64,000 nt of DNA from a virus, in the IMG/VR virus record IMGVR_UViG_3300032241_002567, positions 1 through 64,000 of that record; one strand, given 5' to 3'. This document shows positions 41,883-50,866 of the stretch, in pieces (the stretch's first letter is position 1; the number at the start of each line of letters is the position of its first letter). The notes beneath the pieces were generated by a model. The model saw nothing but the letters and a program-made list of their open reading frames with translations, was not told the origin of the DNA and searched no databases. The translations under genes and the position numbers were made by a program.

Positions 41883-43103
41883 ATGTTTATGAGATATTTA
41901 AAAAGTATAAATGAATTATATAAATCTCCCGGTTATTTGAATAGAATTTCCACACCTGATTCAGAAACAGGTGATATAAATCTATCAAGATTTGTGGAAT
42001 GGACTCCAAAATATACTCAAGGATGGGAATTAATGGGTATGCATGAAGTTGATGAAGATGGTTATGAATTATCAGATAGATATATTGCAATTGATAAATT
42101 TATATTTGAACAAAACTTAAGTGATGAAGAAATAAATACTATTAAACTTTCAATTACGGCTGCATTGGGTCAGATTGGTAATGCTAAATGGATTGATGGA
42201 TTTAAATTTGAATATAATAAAGCCAATGCTATAATATGTCTTGGTAAATTAGGTTTAATTTTTAAAAACAGGTATTATACACCAGTTTTTAGGATTTCAA
42301 AAAGAGAAGGTAGTTTATTTTGGATCGTAGCTGATTTTTATAAAGGTAACCAAATTGCTAGAAGTATTATGGTTACAAAATCAGATATTTCGAATCATGA
42401 ATTAGAGAGAAATTCTATTGAAATACAAAATGCACATTATCGTAAAGAATTTGAAGAAGAAAATAAAGAAAGACGCAAAGAAGGAAAGTCATTATTGTTA
42501 AAACCAAAAGAAGTTAAAGATGAAAGAAATTTTGTTAATCAATTATCAATAGTAAGAGACACAGGTGAAAAACAATTTTTCGTTATTTATATTGATATAT
42601 CAAAATATGATAGAATACAATTTGCTAAAAAAATGACTGGTGCTGATATAACATTAGAATCGCCAAGAACGGTTGCTGTAAAAACATCTAAAAAAAGAGA
42701 ATATGTTAAATCTGGAAATTATTTTTATTTTGATGTAAATAATGATCCTAAATATAAATATCTTTTAGCAAAAAATAAAGATTATCCAGAAAAATTAAAA
42801 GAGGTGAAAGATTTAGGTGGAAGAATGAAAGTTATTTTATATGAAGAAACACCAGGTGTGTTTAAATATGCCACGATAAAAAATATAGCGGCAACTGCTC
42901 AAAATTTAAAATCTAATTCATTAACACTTATTTTAAGTGCAAATAAAGTAGAAAAAATTCTAAAATTAGAATCGGGTGTTAAATTAAGAATACCTGTTTT
43001 AAATACCGATTATACAGATAGATTTGATTTATTTGAAGTTGAAGTTGGAAAAGTTGATCCAAAAGATAAAAAGAAAATACCAGTAATTAGAATACAAAAA
43101 TAA
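41883..43103 (+). CDS. Hypothetical protein (true start probably MRYLKSINE)
   Basis: ORF with upstream TAATATATA. Confidence 0.6.
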   Translation: MFMRYLKSINELYKSPGYLNRISTPDSETGDINLSRFVEWTPKYTQGWELMGMHEVDEDGYELSDRYIAIDKFIFEQNLSDEEINTIKLSITAALGQIGNAKWIDGFKFEYNKANAIICLGKLGLIFKNRYYTPVFRISKREGSLFWIVADFYKGNQIARSIMVTKSDISNHELERNSIEIQNAHYRKEFEEENKERRKEGKSLLLKPKEVKDERNFVNQLSIVRDTGEKQFFVIYIDISKYDRIQFAKKMTGADITLESPRTVAVKTSKKREYVKSGNYFYFDVNNDPKYKYLLAKNKDYPEKLKEVKDLGGRMKVILYEETPGVFKYATIKNIAATAQNLKSNSLTLILSANKVEKILKLESGVKLRIPVLNTDYTDRFDLFEVEVGKVDPKDKKKIPVIRIQK

Positions 43104-43149
43104 ATAATATTTAATTGCTTATTTTTAATCTTCTAAAATCTGATCAATT

Positions 43150-43647
43150 TTATAGTTTCTCAAATAAGCAATTAAATAAATTATAACTTTTGCCATTTAT
43201 TATTTCATATCTATTTTTTGGATTTCTCAATATGTTATTATTCAAAGTCCAGACAGCATTTGAAGCATATAATATCTCAGTTGGTGTTATTCTTAAATAA
43301 GGAGGATTAGTTAAATCTAAATTCATATTTGCTAAGAAAATTGCTATATTATTATAATTAAAACAAAATTTATTCAATTCTACTGAAAAAACCCTTTTAC
43401 CGCCAAAATTTTTTGGGTTTGGCAAATTTTTTAAATCAATTAAAAATACCTTATTTGAAAAATTGTATTTTTCAATATCTTTATATGTTTCTATATTTTC
43501 CAAAGTAATAAATTCTTTTGATTTTAATTTAGAAAAAATATCTTTGAGAAAGATATTTAATAATTCTTCAGACTCAAAAGTAGAACCAAATGTAAAAATT
43601 CCATTATGACAGTCTATTAAGTTTGCTATTTGTATGCTTATTTCCAC
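43150..43647 (-). CDS. Hypothetical protein
   Basis: ORF. Confidence 0.5.
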   Translation of the reverse strand: MEISIQIANLIDCHNGIFTFGSTFESEELLNIFLKDIFSKLKSKEFITLENIETYKDIEKYNFSNKVFLIDLKNLPNPKNFGGKRVFSVELNKFCFNYNNIAIFLANMNLDLTNPPYLRITPTEILYASNAVWTLNNNILRNPKNRYEIINGKSYNLFNCLFEKL

Positions 43648-44053
43648 TACTTTCTAAGATTTGGTTTTGTTTCTCTATTTCGACCATTTTTTCTAAAACT
43701 TTTTCCGAAGCTCTTTTTATTTTACGCATTTGAAATAAAGTTTTTTCTGAACTTTCATAAAGCAATTTGTAATATGACTCTGGATTTGTAGTTTTTAAAT
43801 CAACAGATATATAATCATAAGTTACTTCATCAGGTTGAAAATCAAAATAATCAGAGTTCATTTCTGATTGCATTTTATCTTGCGTTAGATCTAATCCTAT
43901 TGTTTGTGCTGCTATTTTTATATTATTAGGTAATTCTTCTTCAAATGGATGATTAATAAATTTCCATTCTTCTGTAGATTCAGGTTTAACATCATAAATT
44001 AAAATATCGTTTCCTTTTTTTGATTTGAATAAGTTTTTAATTTTTTGTAACAT
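43604..44053 (-). CDS. Hypothetical protein with a capsid-like AAQTIGLDL segment
   Basis: IKIAAQTIGLDL resembles VAAQTLSMG in the 47736-48488 ORF. Confidence 0.5.
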   Translation of the reverse strand: MLQKIKNLFKSKKGNDILIYDVKPESTEEWKFINHPFEEELPNNIKIAAQTIGLDLTQDKMQSEMNSDYFDFQPDEVTYDYISVDLKTTNPESYYKLLYESSEKTLFQMRKIKRASEKVLEKMVEIEKQNQILESSGNKHTNSKLNRLS

Positions 44054-44056
44054 AAT

Positions 44057-44317
44057 TTAAATTTTATTTTGTAAATATAATTGGTTTGAAATATATTCTG
44101 AATAAGCAATAGATTCGTCTATTTGCTTACAAAGATACGAATTAATTCCGTAATAATTCATATAGTTTTTATAAGTATCTGTTTCTTCCACAGTTAATGG
44201 TATATACTCTATATCCTTTAAAATAGAATCTATTTTTCTATCTCTATTAACCGCTTTTAATTCTCTTTCTATTTCTTTAGCAAGAAAAATATCTTTTTCG
44301 TAAATATCAGAATGCAT
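44057..44317 (-). CDS. NRDRKIDSIL-module protein
   Basis: Likely start MHSDIYEK at 44317; AVNRDRKIDSILKD...VEETDTY. Confidence 0.6.
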   Translation of the reverse strand: MHSDIYEKDIFLAKEIERELKAVNRDRKIDSILKDIEYIPLTVEETDTYKNYMNYYGINSYLCKQIDESIAYSEYISNQLYLQNKI

Positions 44318-44324
44318 AGTTATA

Positions 44325-45857
44325 TTAAAATTCCCATTCATCCCATTTTTGTTTGTTAAATTCATCATCTGTATAATCTTCATCAGTTTCTTCTTGTTTT
44401 TTCTTTTGTAATGAACTACCAAATATATCCAATACAACTGATAATCTTTTTGTTATTTCTGGCATTCCTAATGGTTCTATAATTGAATTGATAGGAGATA
44501 AGATACATTTATCAAATTGTTCGTCTAAATCTATTTCAGGCGCAATTTCAATAGGATAAGAACCACGATTAAATGCGAATACCGAATTAATTTTTTTATT
44601 CTTACAATAATAATATTTTATTTTAGAACCAGATTTTAAGAATTCATATTTAGATTGTAAATCTTTATTTTTATATAACAACCAATTATAATAAGCGGAA
44701 GCTTTTACCGCAAAATGAGCACCGTTTACAAATAATAATTTATTTTTATCATCCAAAACTTTTTCATTATAATTAGAGCAACTAGATTGCATACTAATCT
44801 CATCAATTCTATCCGGAACACATAAATCAAATTCTTTTTTAAGATTTTTAACCAATTTAAGTAATTCCCGAATGTTAAAAGTATCTGGGTGACTAAATAA
44901 ATATTTAATAATATCTACGATTTTATCTCTCGCAAATGATGGTGTAGAACGTCTAACTAGCTCAACTCCCTTTGGATAGATATAATTTAATCTTTCATAA
45001 GGTATGCCATCTTCAAATACTATGTGTTGAATATATTTCTTTTTGGCAATATAAATAACAGATTCACTAATTCTTTCTAATTCAAAATCTTCTTTATTTG
45101 TAACTCCATAACTTTCAGCATATTCTTCAAGACATTTCTTAAAATATCCAGCATAACGATAATAGTCAAGTCCATGTATATAATCTAATTCATAAGACCA
45201 GTTCCATTTAAGTTTTGATTCTAATTTATTATCATTGATAAACTTATCAAAATCACGATTTTTGATCCATTTACCATCCGCTATAAATAATTCTATTTCA
45301 TCTAAATTTTGAATATCGGACAAATTTTCATAAATACCTAAACAATTAGGATTATCTGATTTAATTTCTTCTCTACCTTTTAGAATTATATGCTTTTTAG
45401 TTATTTTATCTAAATTAGAAAAGAAAAGATTTTTCCAATCTGAATGTGTTATTGCTGGTTTAAATGATACGAATAAAGAATCTGTGTCAGCGTAAATGCT
45501 AACTGGCTCTTTTTCTATTTGCTTTATTTTTCTAATGCAAACTTTTTGATGTAATTCTGTATCTTTATGCCATTGATTATACCAATAATCTTCGTTAACA
45601 CGATTCATTGTTTTAGTCAAATCTCTACCCTGAGCTGTGATTGAAGATGCCACATGGTTATTAAATAGAACGAAATAGGATGCCGCGAAGGCGCCATATG
45701 ATTTTTGCCCCACCATTTCTGGTGGGGCCATTTAAGATCCATTAAGAACTAACTTGAGTGCTAATTGTAAGGCATTGAAATAATCAACATCCTTTTTCAA
45801 GTTAGCAGCTTGAGTTCTTAATGAATCTAATTGTATTAATTTTTCTTCTTTTGTCAT
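44325..45857 (-). CDS. Family-B DNA polymerase, C-terminal subunit (gp43B-like), interrupted by an in-frame stop and 36-nt element
   Basis: 41-aa ORF 45857-45732 ends QLALKLVLNGS*; the same frame resumes ...SYG...ITAQGR, IYADTDS, KKKY, KGVELVRRSTP. Confidence 0.9.
45699..45737 (-). other. Putative translational-bypass element: UCU take-off, UAA, 9-bp GC hairpin, UCA landing
   Basis: mRNA GGA UCU UAA AUG GCCCCACCA GAAA UGGUGGGGC AAAAA UCA UAU GGC; removing 36 nt restores KLVLNGSYG. Confidence 0.7.
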
Positions 45858-45866
45858 TAAAAAGAT

Positions 45867-46772
45867 ATGTTTTTAACTTATAAAACTAAACTAAAAGAAA
45901 GTTTTTTATATAAAAATATATATTTTATTATTATGTTAAAAAACAAAAAGATTGAAGTTTATATTTCATACAGAAATATAACTCACTATAAAAAATTAGG
46001 CTATAACCCCGAATTAAATGAGAATTTGGAAATCGATGTTTATGATTTACCGACATCTTCACATGTTAAAATTGATGCTATTTGTGAAATCTGTAAAGCG
46101 GAAATAAATATAAGATATCATAAATATATTGAAAATAAGAAAAGGCATGGTTTTTATGGCTGTAAAAAATGTTCAAGACAAAAAGCTTCTTTAACTATGT
46201 TCGATAAATATGGAGTTTATAATGTTTCAGAATTAGAGGAATGTAAGAATAAAAAAGAAGAAACATATTTAAAAAAATATGGATATAAAACCAATTTAAT
46301 TTCCCCAGATTATATTTCACTTATAAAAGAAAAATTGAAAGAAAAATATAATACAGAAAATTGGTATGAGATTAGAAACGGTCAAGGTTCTCCTAAAAAA
46401 TTAATAATTTTTGCAGAATCAAAAGAATATACCGAGATAAGTTTTAATTATGATAATCAATTCATGAATAGTGACTATATTATGTATAGGAATGAAGTTC
46501 GTAGACTTACTAAGACTAATGAAAAATTGTTATTCCAAAATTGGAATGGTGAAGATTTTTATGATAAAGAAATTATAAGTAATAATTTTATTTTAGATTT
46601 TAATGACCCAAATTATCCAACTATCGATCATAAAATATCTATTTATTATGGTTTCAAAAATAATATGCAGCCAAAAGATATCGCAAAAATAGAAAATCTT
46701 TGTATCACAAAGAGAAGTATTAATTCTTCAAAAAATAGTAAAAATGAATCAGAATTTATTCGTGAAGATTAA
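45867..46772 (+). CDS. Putative homing endonuclease (zinc finger, KYGV repeats, HNH-like C-terminus)
   Basis: CEIC...CKKC, KYGVYNVS/KKYGY repeats, PTIDHK...NL...N..K; the start may be MLKN downstream. Confidence 0.65.
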   Translation: MFLTYKTKLKESFLYKNIYFIIMLKNKKIEVYISYRNITHYKKLGYNPELNENLEIDVYDLPTSSHVKIDAICEICKAEINIRYHKYIENKKRHGFYGCKKCSRQKASLTMFDKYGVYNVSELEECKNKKEETYLKKYGYKTNLISPDYISLIKEKLKEKYNTENWYEIRNGQGSPKKLIIFAESKEYTEISFNYDNQFMNSDYIMYRNEVRRLTKTNEKLLFQNWNGEDFYDKEIISNNFILDFNDPNYPTIDHKISIYYGFKNNMQPKDIAKIENLCITKRSINSSKNSKNESEFIRED

Positions 46773-47256
46773 CTGGTTTTGACATCATAGTAAATGGAAT
46801 CACAACGTCTTTTAGAGACTCCAAAGTTTTTAAGGTTTGTTGATAATTTGTAAAAAGATTTATTTTATTTACTTTTGAAGTTATTTCCCATAGAGGAGTT
46901 TTGGTATTATTTAATACAATACCATCAGAAGTCATATTTAGATATTTAATTTTTTTATCACTATCAATAAATCCAATTTTTTCTGGCATTATTTTATCTT
47001 CTAAGTGTTTTTTTAAAATATAAAATGTTCCAGTTAATAAAACTTCATACTGGTCATTTTTGCCTTTTCTGATTTTATCAATTATTCCCATATAAATTTT
47101 TCTTTTACCTTCAAAAATTGGGTTACTTAAAATTAAAACACAACCACTTTCAATTGGTTCAGTATGTGAAGCTTTCATTGTGGAAAATGGATGTTTGGGC
47201 TTTCTAAGATGTTTATAATTCTCATTAAATGATTTGAAATTAAATATATAATTCAT
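46756..47256 (-). CDS. Hypothetical protein
   Basis: ORF starting MNYIFNFKSFNE. Confidence 0.55.
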   Translation of the reverse strand: MNYIFNFKSFNENYKHLRKPKHPFSTMKASHTEPIESGCVLILSNPIFEGKRKIYMGIIDKIRKGKNDQYEVLLTGTFYILKKHLEDKIMPEKIGFIDSDKKIKYLNMTSDGIVLNNTKTPLWEITSKVNKINLFTNYQQTLKTLESLKDVVIPFTMMSKPVNLHE

Positions 47257-47272
47257 AGTATATATATTTATT

Positions 47273-47734
47273 ATGAGATTACAAAAATTTTTGGAACATG
47301 TATTAGCAAATGGACTTACTTTTAAAGTAAAAGAAACTAAAAAAACTATTTTAATAGAATCTTATTCTGAGGAAAAATTAAAATTGGATTCTTGGATTTC
47401 TATGAATAAATTTTATTCTTATGATGATGCAGAGTCAACACTTAAAGGATTAATTGATGAAGATGAATATGAATTATTAACAAATGATAAACCAGTTATT
47501 TTTATTGATAAAATAGGAGTTAGAAAATCTATACAAAGAATAGGAATAGGATCTAATTTGTTAGATAAATGTTTTGAAGTAGCACTCAATAAAAATATAA
47601 ATATTATTTTATTAAATGCATTTCCTCTTGATGATTCAATTACTCCAGAAAAGTTAGTTAATTGGTATAAAAAAAGAGGATTTAAATTAATAAAATCTAT
47701 CGGTAAGAATAATTTAATGATTAAAAGATTGTAA
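47273..47734 (+). CDS. GNAT acetyltransferase
   Basis: IGV....QRIGIGSNLL, LVNWYKKRGF. Confidence 0.8.
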   Translation: MRLQKFLEHVLANGLTFKVKETKKTILIESYSEEKLKLDSWISMNKFYSYDDAESTLKGLIDEDEYELLTNDKPVIFIDKIGVRKSIQRIGIGSNLLDKCFEVALNKNINIILLNAFPLDDSITPEKLVNWYKKRGFKLIKSIGKNNLMIKRL

Positions 47735-47735
47735 T

Positions 47736-48488
47736 TTATTTTTTATCATCATATTTAAAATCCAGATAAAATAATAGATCAGTAGGAGCCGACATTGGTT
47801 GAACAGAAGCTAAACCTGATTTTAAATATTCTTGATATTCTTCTGTATCCTCTAATTTTAATTCTTCATAATCTTCATCAAAAAGAATCGAATCAATTTT
47901 CCTATCACGATTAGTAGCAGTCACTTTTATTTCTGCTTCTTCTAATAGTTTTTCATCACCCATAGATAAAGTTTGAGCAGCAACTCTTCTTACAAGTGGA
48001 AGAACCGCACTAGCAAATGGATTACTTGAAGTTGCGGTATGTTGACTCCATAGTGTTTGTTGCTGTTGCCAAACACTATTAGAATCAGATTCGCTTATTG
48101 AATGTGCTTGTGCATATTCGTGCATCCAATCTGCTCTGCTTCTTGTAATTTCCATAGAATCTAATACAGGTTGCCATTTATCTATTGTTTCTTGTTTATA
48201 TTTTTCTATATGACATGTTGTGTATTTTAGATTTTTAACTGGTTTAAACCAAGTTTCGGAAAATTTTTTATATTCTTCTGTATCTTCAATTTTATATTCT
48301 TGGAATTCTGTATCTTCCAAAATAGAATCAATTTTTCTATCCCTATTTACTGCTATAACTTTTAATTTTGCTGCTTCTAATAGAGGACTTGATATTGTGG
48401 TGGTTGTTAATTGTATAATATATGGAGCATATATTATTTTTGATTCTTGACTTTTATATCCAATTACAATTTTATTTGAATCTTCCAT
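47736..48488 (-). CDS. Mosaic of major-capsid-protein-like fragments with two NRDRKIDSIL modules
   Basis: IGYK..IIYAPYI; KWQPVLD; AVLPLVRRVAAQT; SVQPMSAPT.LLFYLDFKY. Confidence 0.65.
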   Translation of the reverse strand: MEDSNKIVIGYKSQESKIIYAPYIIQLTTTTISSPLLEAAKLKVIAVNRDRKIDSILEDTEFQEYKIEDTEEYKKFSETWFKPVKNLKYTTCHIEKYKQETIDKWQPVLDSMEITRSRADWMHEYAQAHSISESDSNSVWQQQQTLWSQHTATSSNPFASAVLPLVRRVAAQTLSMGDEKLLEEAEIKVTATNRDRKIDSILFDEDYEELKLEDTEEYQEYLKSGLASVQPMSAPTDLLFYLDFKYDDKK

Positions 48489-48801
48489 ATTTTATCCATT
48501 CTTCTTTATATTTATCAGACAATCTTTTAAATTCTTCTGTGTCTTCTATATTAGTTGGTGTAAATTCTTTATCTTCTAAAATAGAATTAAGTTTTCCTTC
48601 TCTATTTTGAGCAGTTATTCCAGCAGCAAATTTTTCAAAATTTGCTGCTATTAATTCAGATGCTAAAATATTTTCTAGTGCAGCCTCTACATCTATTCCA
48701 CATTGTGCATACAATCCAGCAGCCTGTTCTCTTGTAATAGAAGCTTTAATTGTTTGAGTTCCAATTTTTATTTCTTTACTTATATTATTTAAGTTTGCCA
48801 T
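48472..48801 (-). CDS. Capsid-protein-like fragment plus NREGKLNSIL module
   Basis: IKASITREQA..L...GIDVEAALENILASEL resembles gp23 LKA.YS.ELAQDL...GMDADAELSGILATEI. Confidence 0.6.
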   Translation of the reverse strand: MANLNNISKEIKIGTQTIKASITREQAAGLYAQCGIDVEAALENILASELIAANFEKFAAGITAQNREGKLNSILEDKEFTPTNIEDTEEFKRLSDKYKEEWIKYGRFK

Positions 48802-49015
48802 TTTTTATCCATTTTTCTTTATCTTCATCCGAAAGCAATTCAAATAATCTTGTTTCTTCGATATTTATTTCGGTATAATCTTTATCTTCCAAAATAGAAT
48901 TAAGTTTTCTTTCTCTATTTTATGCTTTTACACTAGCAGCAACGCACTACATTTTGTAAAATTACTTTACTATTTCTTGTTGCAGAAGTTGTGAATCAAT
49001 TTTATTACTACTCAT
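48785..49015 (-). pseudogene. Degraded paralog of the NRDRK-module genes with three in-frame stops
   Basis: MSSNKIDSQLLQQEIVK*FYKM*CVAASVKA*NRERKLNSILEDKDYTEINIEETRLFELLSDEDKEKWIKNGKLK*. Confidence 0.7.
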
Positions 49016-49796
49016 CGTCTTCGTCAAATGTTTGTTCGAAGGACAGCATTAAATTAGATATATTGTCCTTTACTAAAATAAATGTTTCAAACATATAAAA
49101 ATCAATCATATCCATGTCATCATTTATGTTTGATAAATATTTCTTATTGAATACTATATTTTGATTAATAGACGAATCAATTTCTCCAAGTTGCAATTCC
49201 CATTTAGAAGTTTCATTGGCTGCTATTTTGCCGTTATCAATTTCAATGGAAAGTATTTTGTCCTCTGAATCAATAGCACATAATTTCTTTATATCGTAAA
49301 AATCCTTTTTACTTATTTGGAAATTATAAATAGAATTATCTATATCTGTCCTTGCTTCTATTAAATCAGAATTAAGATCTTTTATATTAGATTCTTCGCC
49401 ACCAATACAATTAATCTTTAATTTACCGTTTGTAAATTGTGCTGAACGAATTTGCATAACTCCTTTATTTTCATGGTGAGGTTTATAAATAATGTCCATT
49501 TTAACCTGTGTATCTATATCAAAAAATTTTAATGATTTAATAAGTTTTGGAGCATTAACTATTATAAAATCATACATTTCTTCTTGCTCAAAGTTATCGA
49601 AATAATTTGTGGTTGGGAGAATATATGATTTCAAAGCCAAAACAGCTGAATCGTTGGCTTTCATGGAATACATAAGCACTTTATCAGATTCTATTTTCAG
49701 TTTTACAACTTCATTTATATTTGATAAGTCTTGTATTTTAGTAATAAAATCAGGGAAATAACGCTTATTTAAGTTGATTGATAATTTTTTGCTCAT
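49008..49796 (-). CDS. Putative sliding clamp (gp45-like)
   Basis: Size, alternating beta/alpha character, acidic tail, and replication-gene context. Confidence 0.55.
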   Translation of the reverse strand: MSKKLSINLNKRYFPDFITKIQDLSNINEVVKLKIESDKVLMYSMKANDSAVLALKSYILPTTNYFDNFEQEEMYDFIIVNAPKLIKSLKFFDIDTQVKMDIIYKPHHENKGVMQIRSAQFTNGKLKINCIGGEESNIKDLNSDLIEARTDIDNSIYNFQISKKDFYDIKKLCAIDSEDKILSIEIDNGKIAANETSKWELQLGEIDSSINQNIVFNKKYLSNINDDMDMIDFYMFETFILVKDNISNLMLSFEQTFDEDDE

Positions 49797-49828
49797 ACAA
49801 CATGTATTATTAAGTAATAAGAAGTTTA

Positions 49829-50344
49829 TTAGTTTTTAGATAAAAAATTATATAATTCAATAGTATTCTTTACTTGATAACCTACGTCAGATAATAATTT
49901 TACTAAAGATCTTAAATGTTCGATATGTGTTTCTATAATCTCTGTTGCTCTTTTTGCTTCAACCAAATGTCCTTCAATAATAGCCGTCATTTGACCGCCA
50001 CTAACTTTTCCATTAACATTTAATGGAACTTTTCCAAGTGCATACCAAACAATTTTATCTTGCTCTTGTCTTTTGAATTTAACTTTTTCTTTTGAAAGTT
50101 GATTAAGATAAAAAGCAATTTCATTTTGTAATCTTTCTCTATGCACCAAAGCATCAACCTGTAAATCAACTATTTTCTGTGCATTTTCGGCGTTATATTG
50201 TAATTTGGCAATTTCTAAAACTGGATGTATATCTTTTGTCCATTCATCTCTTTTTCCTTTAAAGAATTCTTCCATTCTATTATTAGACTCTTCTTTTTTG
50301 GCAATTGCTTCTAATTCTTCCTTTTCGTATAAACTAAATGTCAT
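49829..50344 (-). CDS. Putative UvsY-like recombination mediator
   Basis: Helical coiled-coil; C-terminus L..VGYQVKNTIE resembles UvsY GF.IKN.IE. Confidence 0.5.
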   Translation of the reverse strand: MTFSLYEKEELEAIAKKEESNNRMEEFFKGKRDEWTKDIHPVLEIAKLQYNAENAQKIVDLQVDALVHRERLQNEIAFYLNQLSKEKVKFKRQEQDKIVWYALGKVPLNVNGKVSGGQMTAIIEGHLVEAKRATEIIETHIEHLRSLVKLLSDVGYQVKNTIELYNFLSKN

Positions 50345-50399
50345 GAAATTTTTTGTTTTTATATATCTAAATTATTCTTTTGTTTTTATATATAACAAT

Positions 50400-50866
50400 A
50401 TGAATTATTTATTAAAATATATTTTGTTTGAAAGAAATAAAAATGATAATATATTATACCATGGAAGTCTTAAAAAATATGATATTTTAAAACCATTTAA
50501 ATCATCATTGATAAATGATGAACAGTTGTTTTTGCTACTAATAAAAAATGGATTGCGTTATGTTTTATAATAAAATTCAAAGATTCTGATATAGAAGTTG
50601 GATTTATAAATGATACTCCATATATAATGGAATTAAAAAAGAATGCTTTTGATATTTTTAAAACAAAAGGGTTTATACATAAAGTTAATAAAAAAGGATT
50701 TAAAAGTAATAAAAATTTAGGATTAAAAGGAACTGAATTTATAAATAAATCACAAGTGAAAGTTATAGATTCAGAAGAAATTGATGATGTTTATATGGCT
50801 CTTAAAAATACAGAAGTGTTTTTAATACCTTACGATATATCTCTAATAATAAAAGAAAAAAATTAG
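50400..50866 (+). pseudogene. Frameshifted gene with ART-like YHGS...VFAT motifs
   Basis: MNYLLKYILFE...LYHGS...INDE, then frame change near 50523 to VVFATNKKWIALCF...MELKK... Confidence 0.6.

Noticed and set aside
45707-45728. Intrinsic terminator or SECIS-like element as the explanation for the polB hairpin
   Set aside because: On the coding (minus) strand the stem is followed by an A-run, not a U-tract. On the plus strand it has only a short ATTT tail. The stop is UAA, not UGA, and the site lies inside a catalytic motif.
44325-45731. ORF-track start MAPPEMVGQK as the real polymerase N-terminus
   Set aside because: These codons are the hairpin itself, and starting there omits the essential Lys and Asn of motif B, which are encoded just upstream in the same frame. 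This is disfavoured but not formally excluded.
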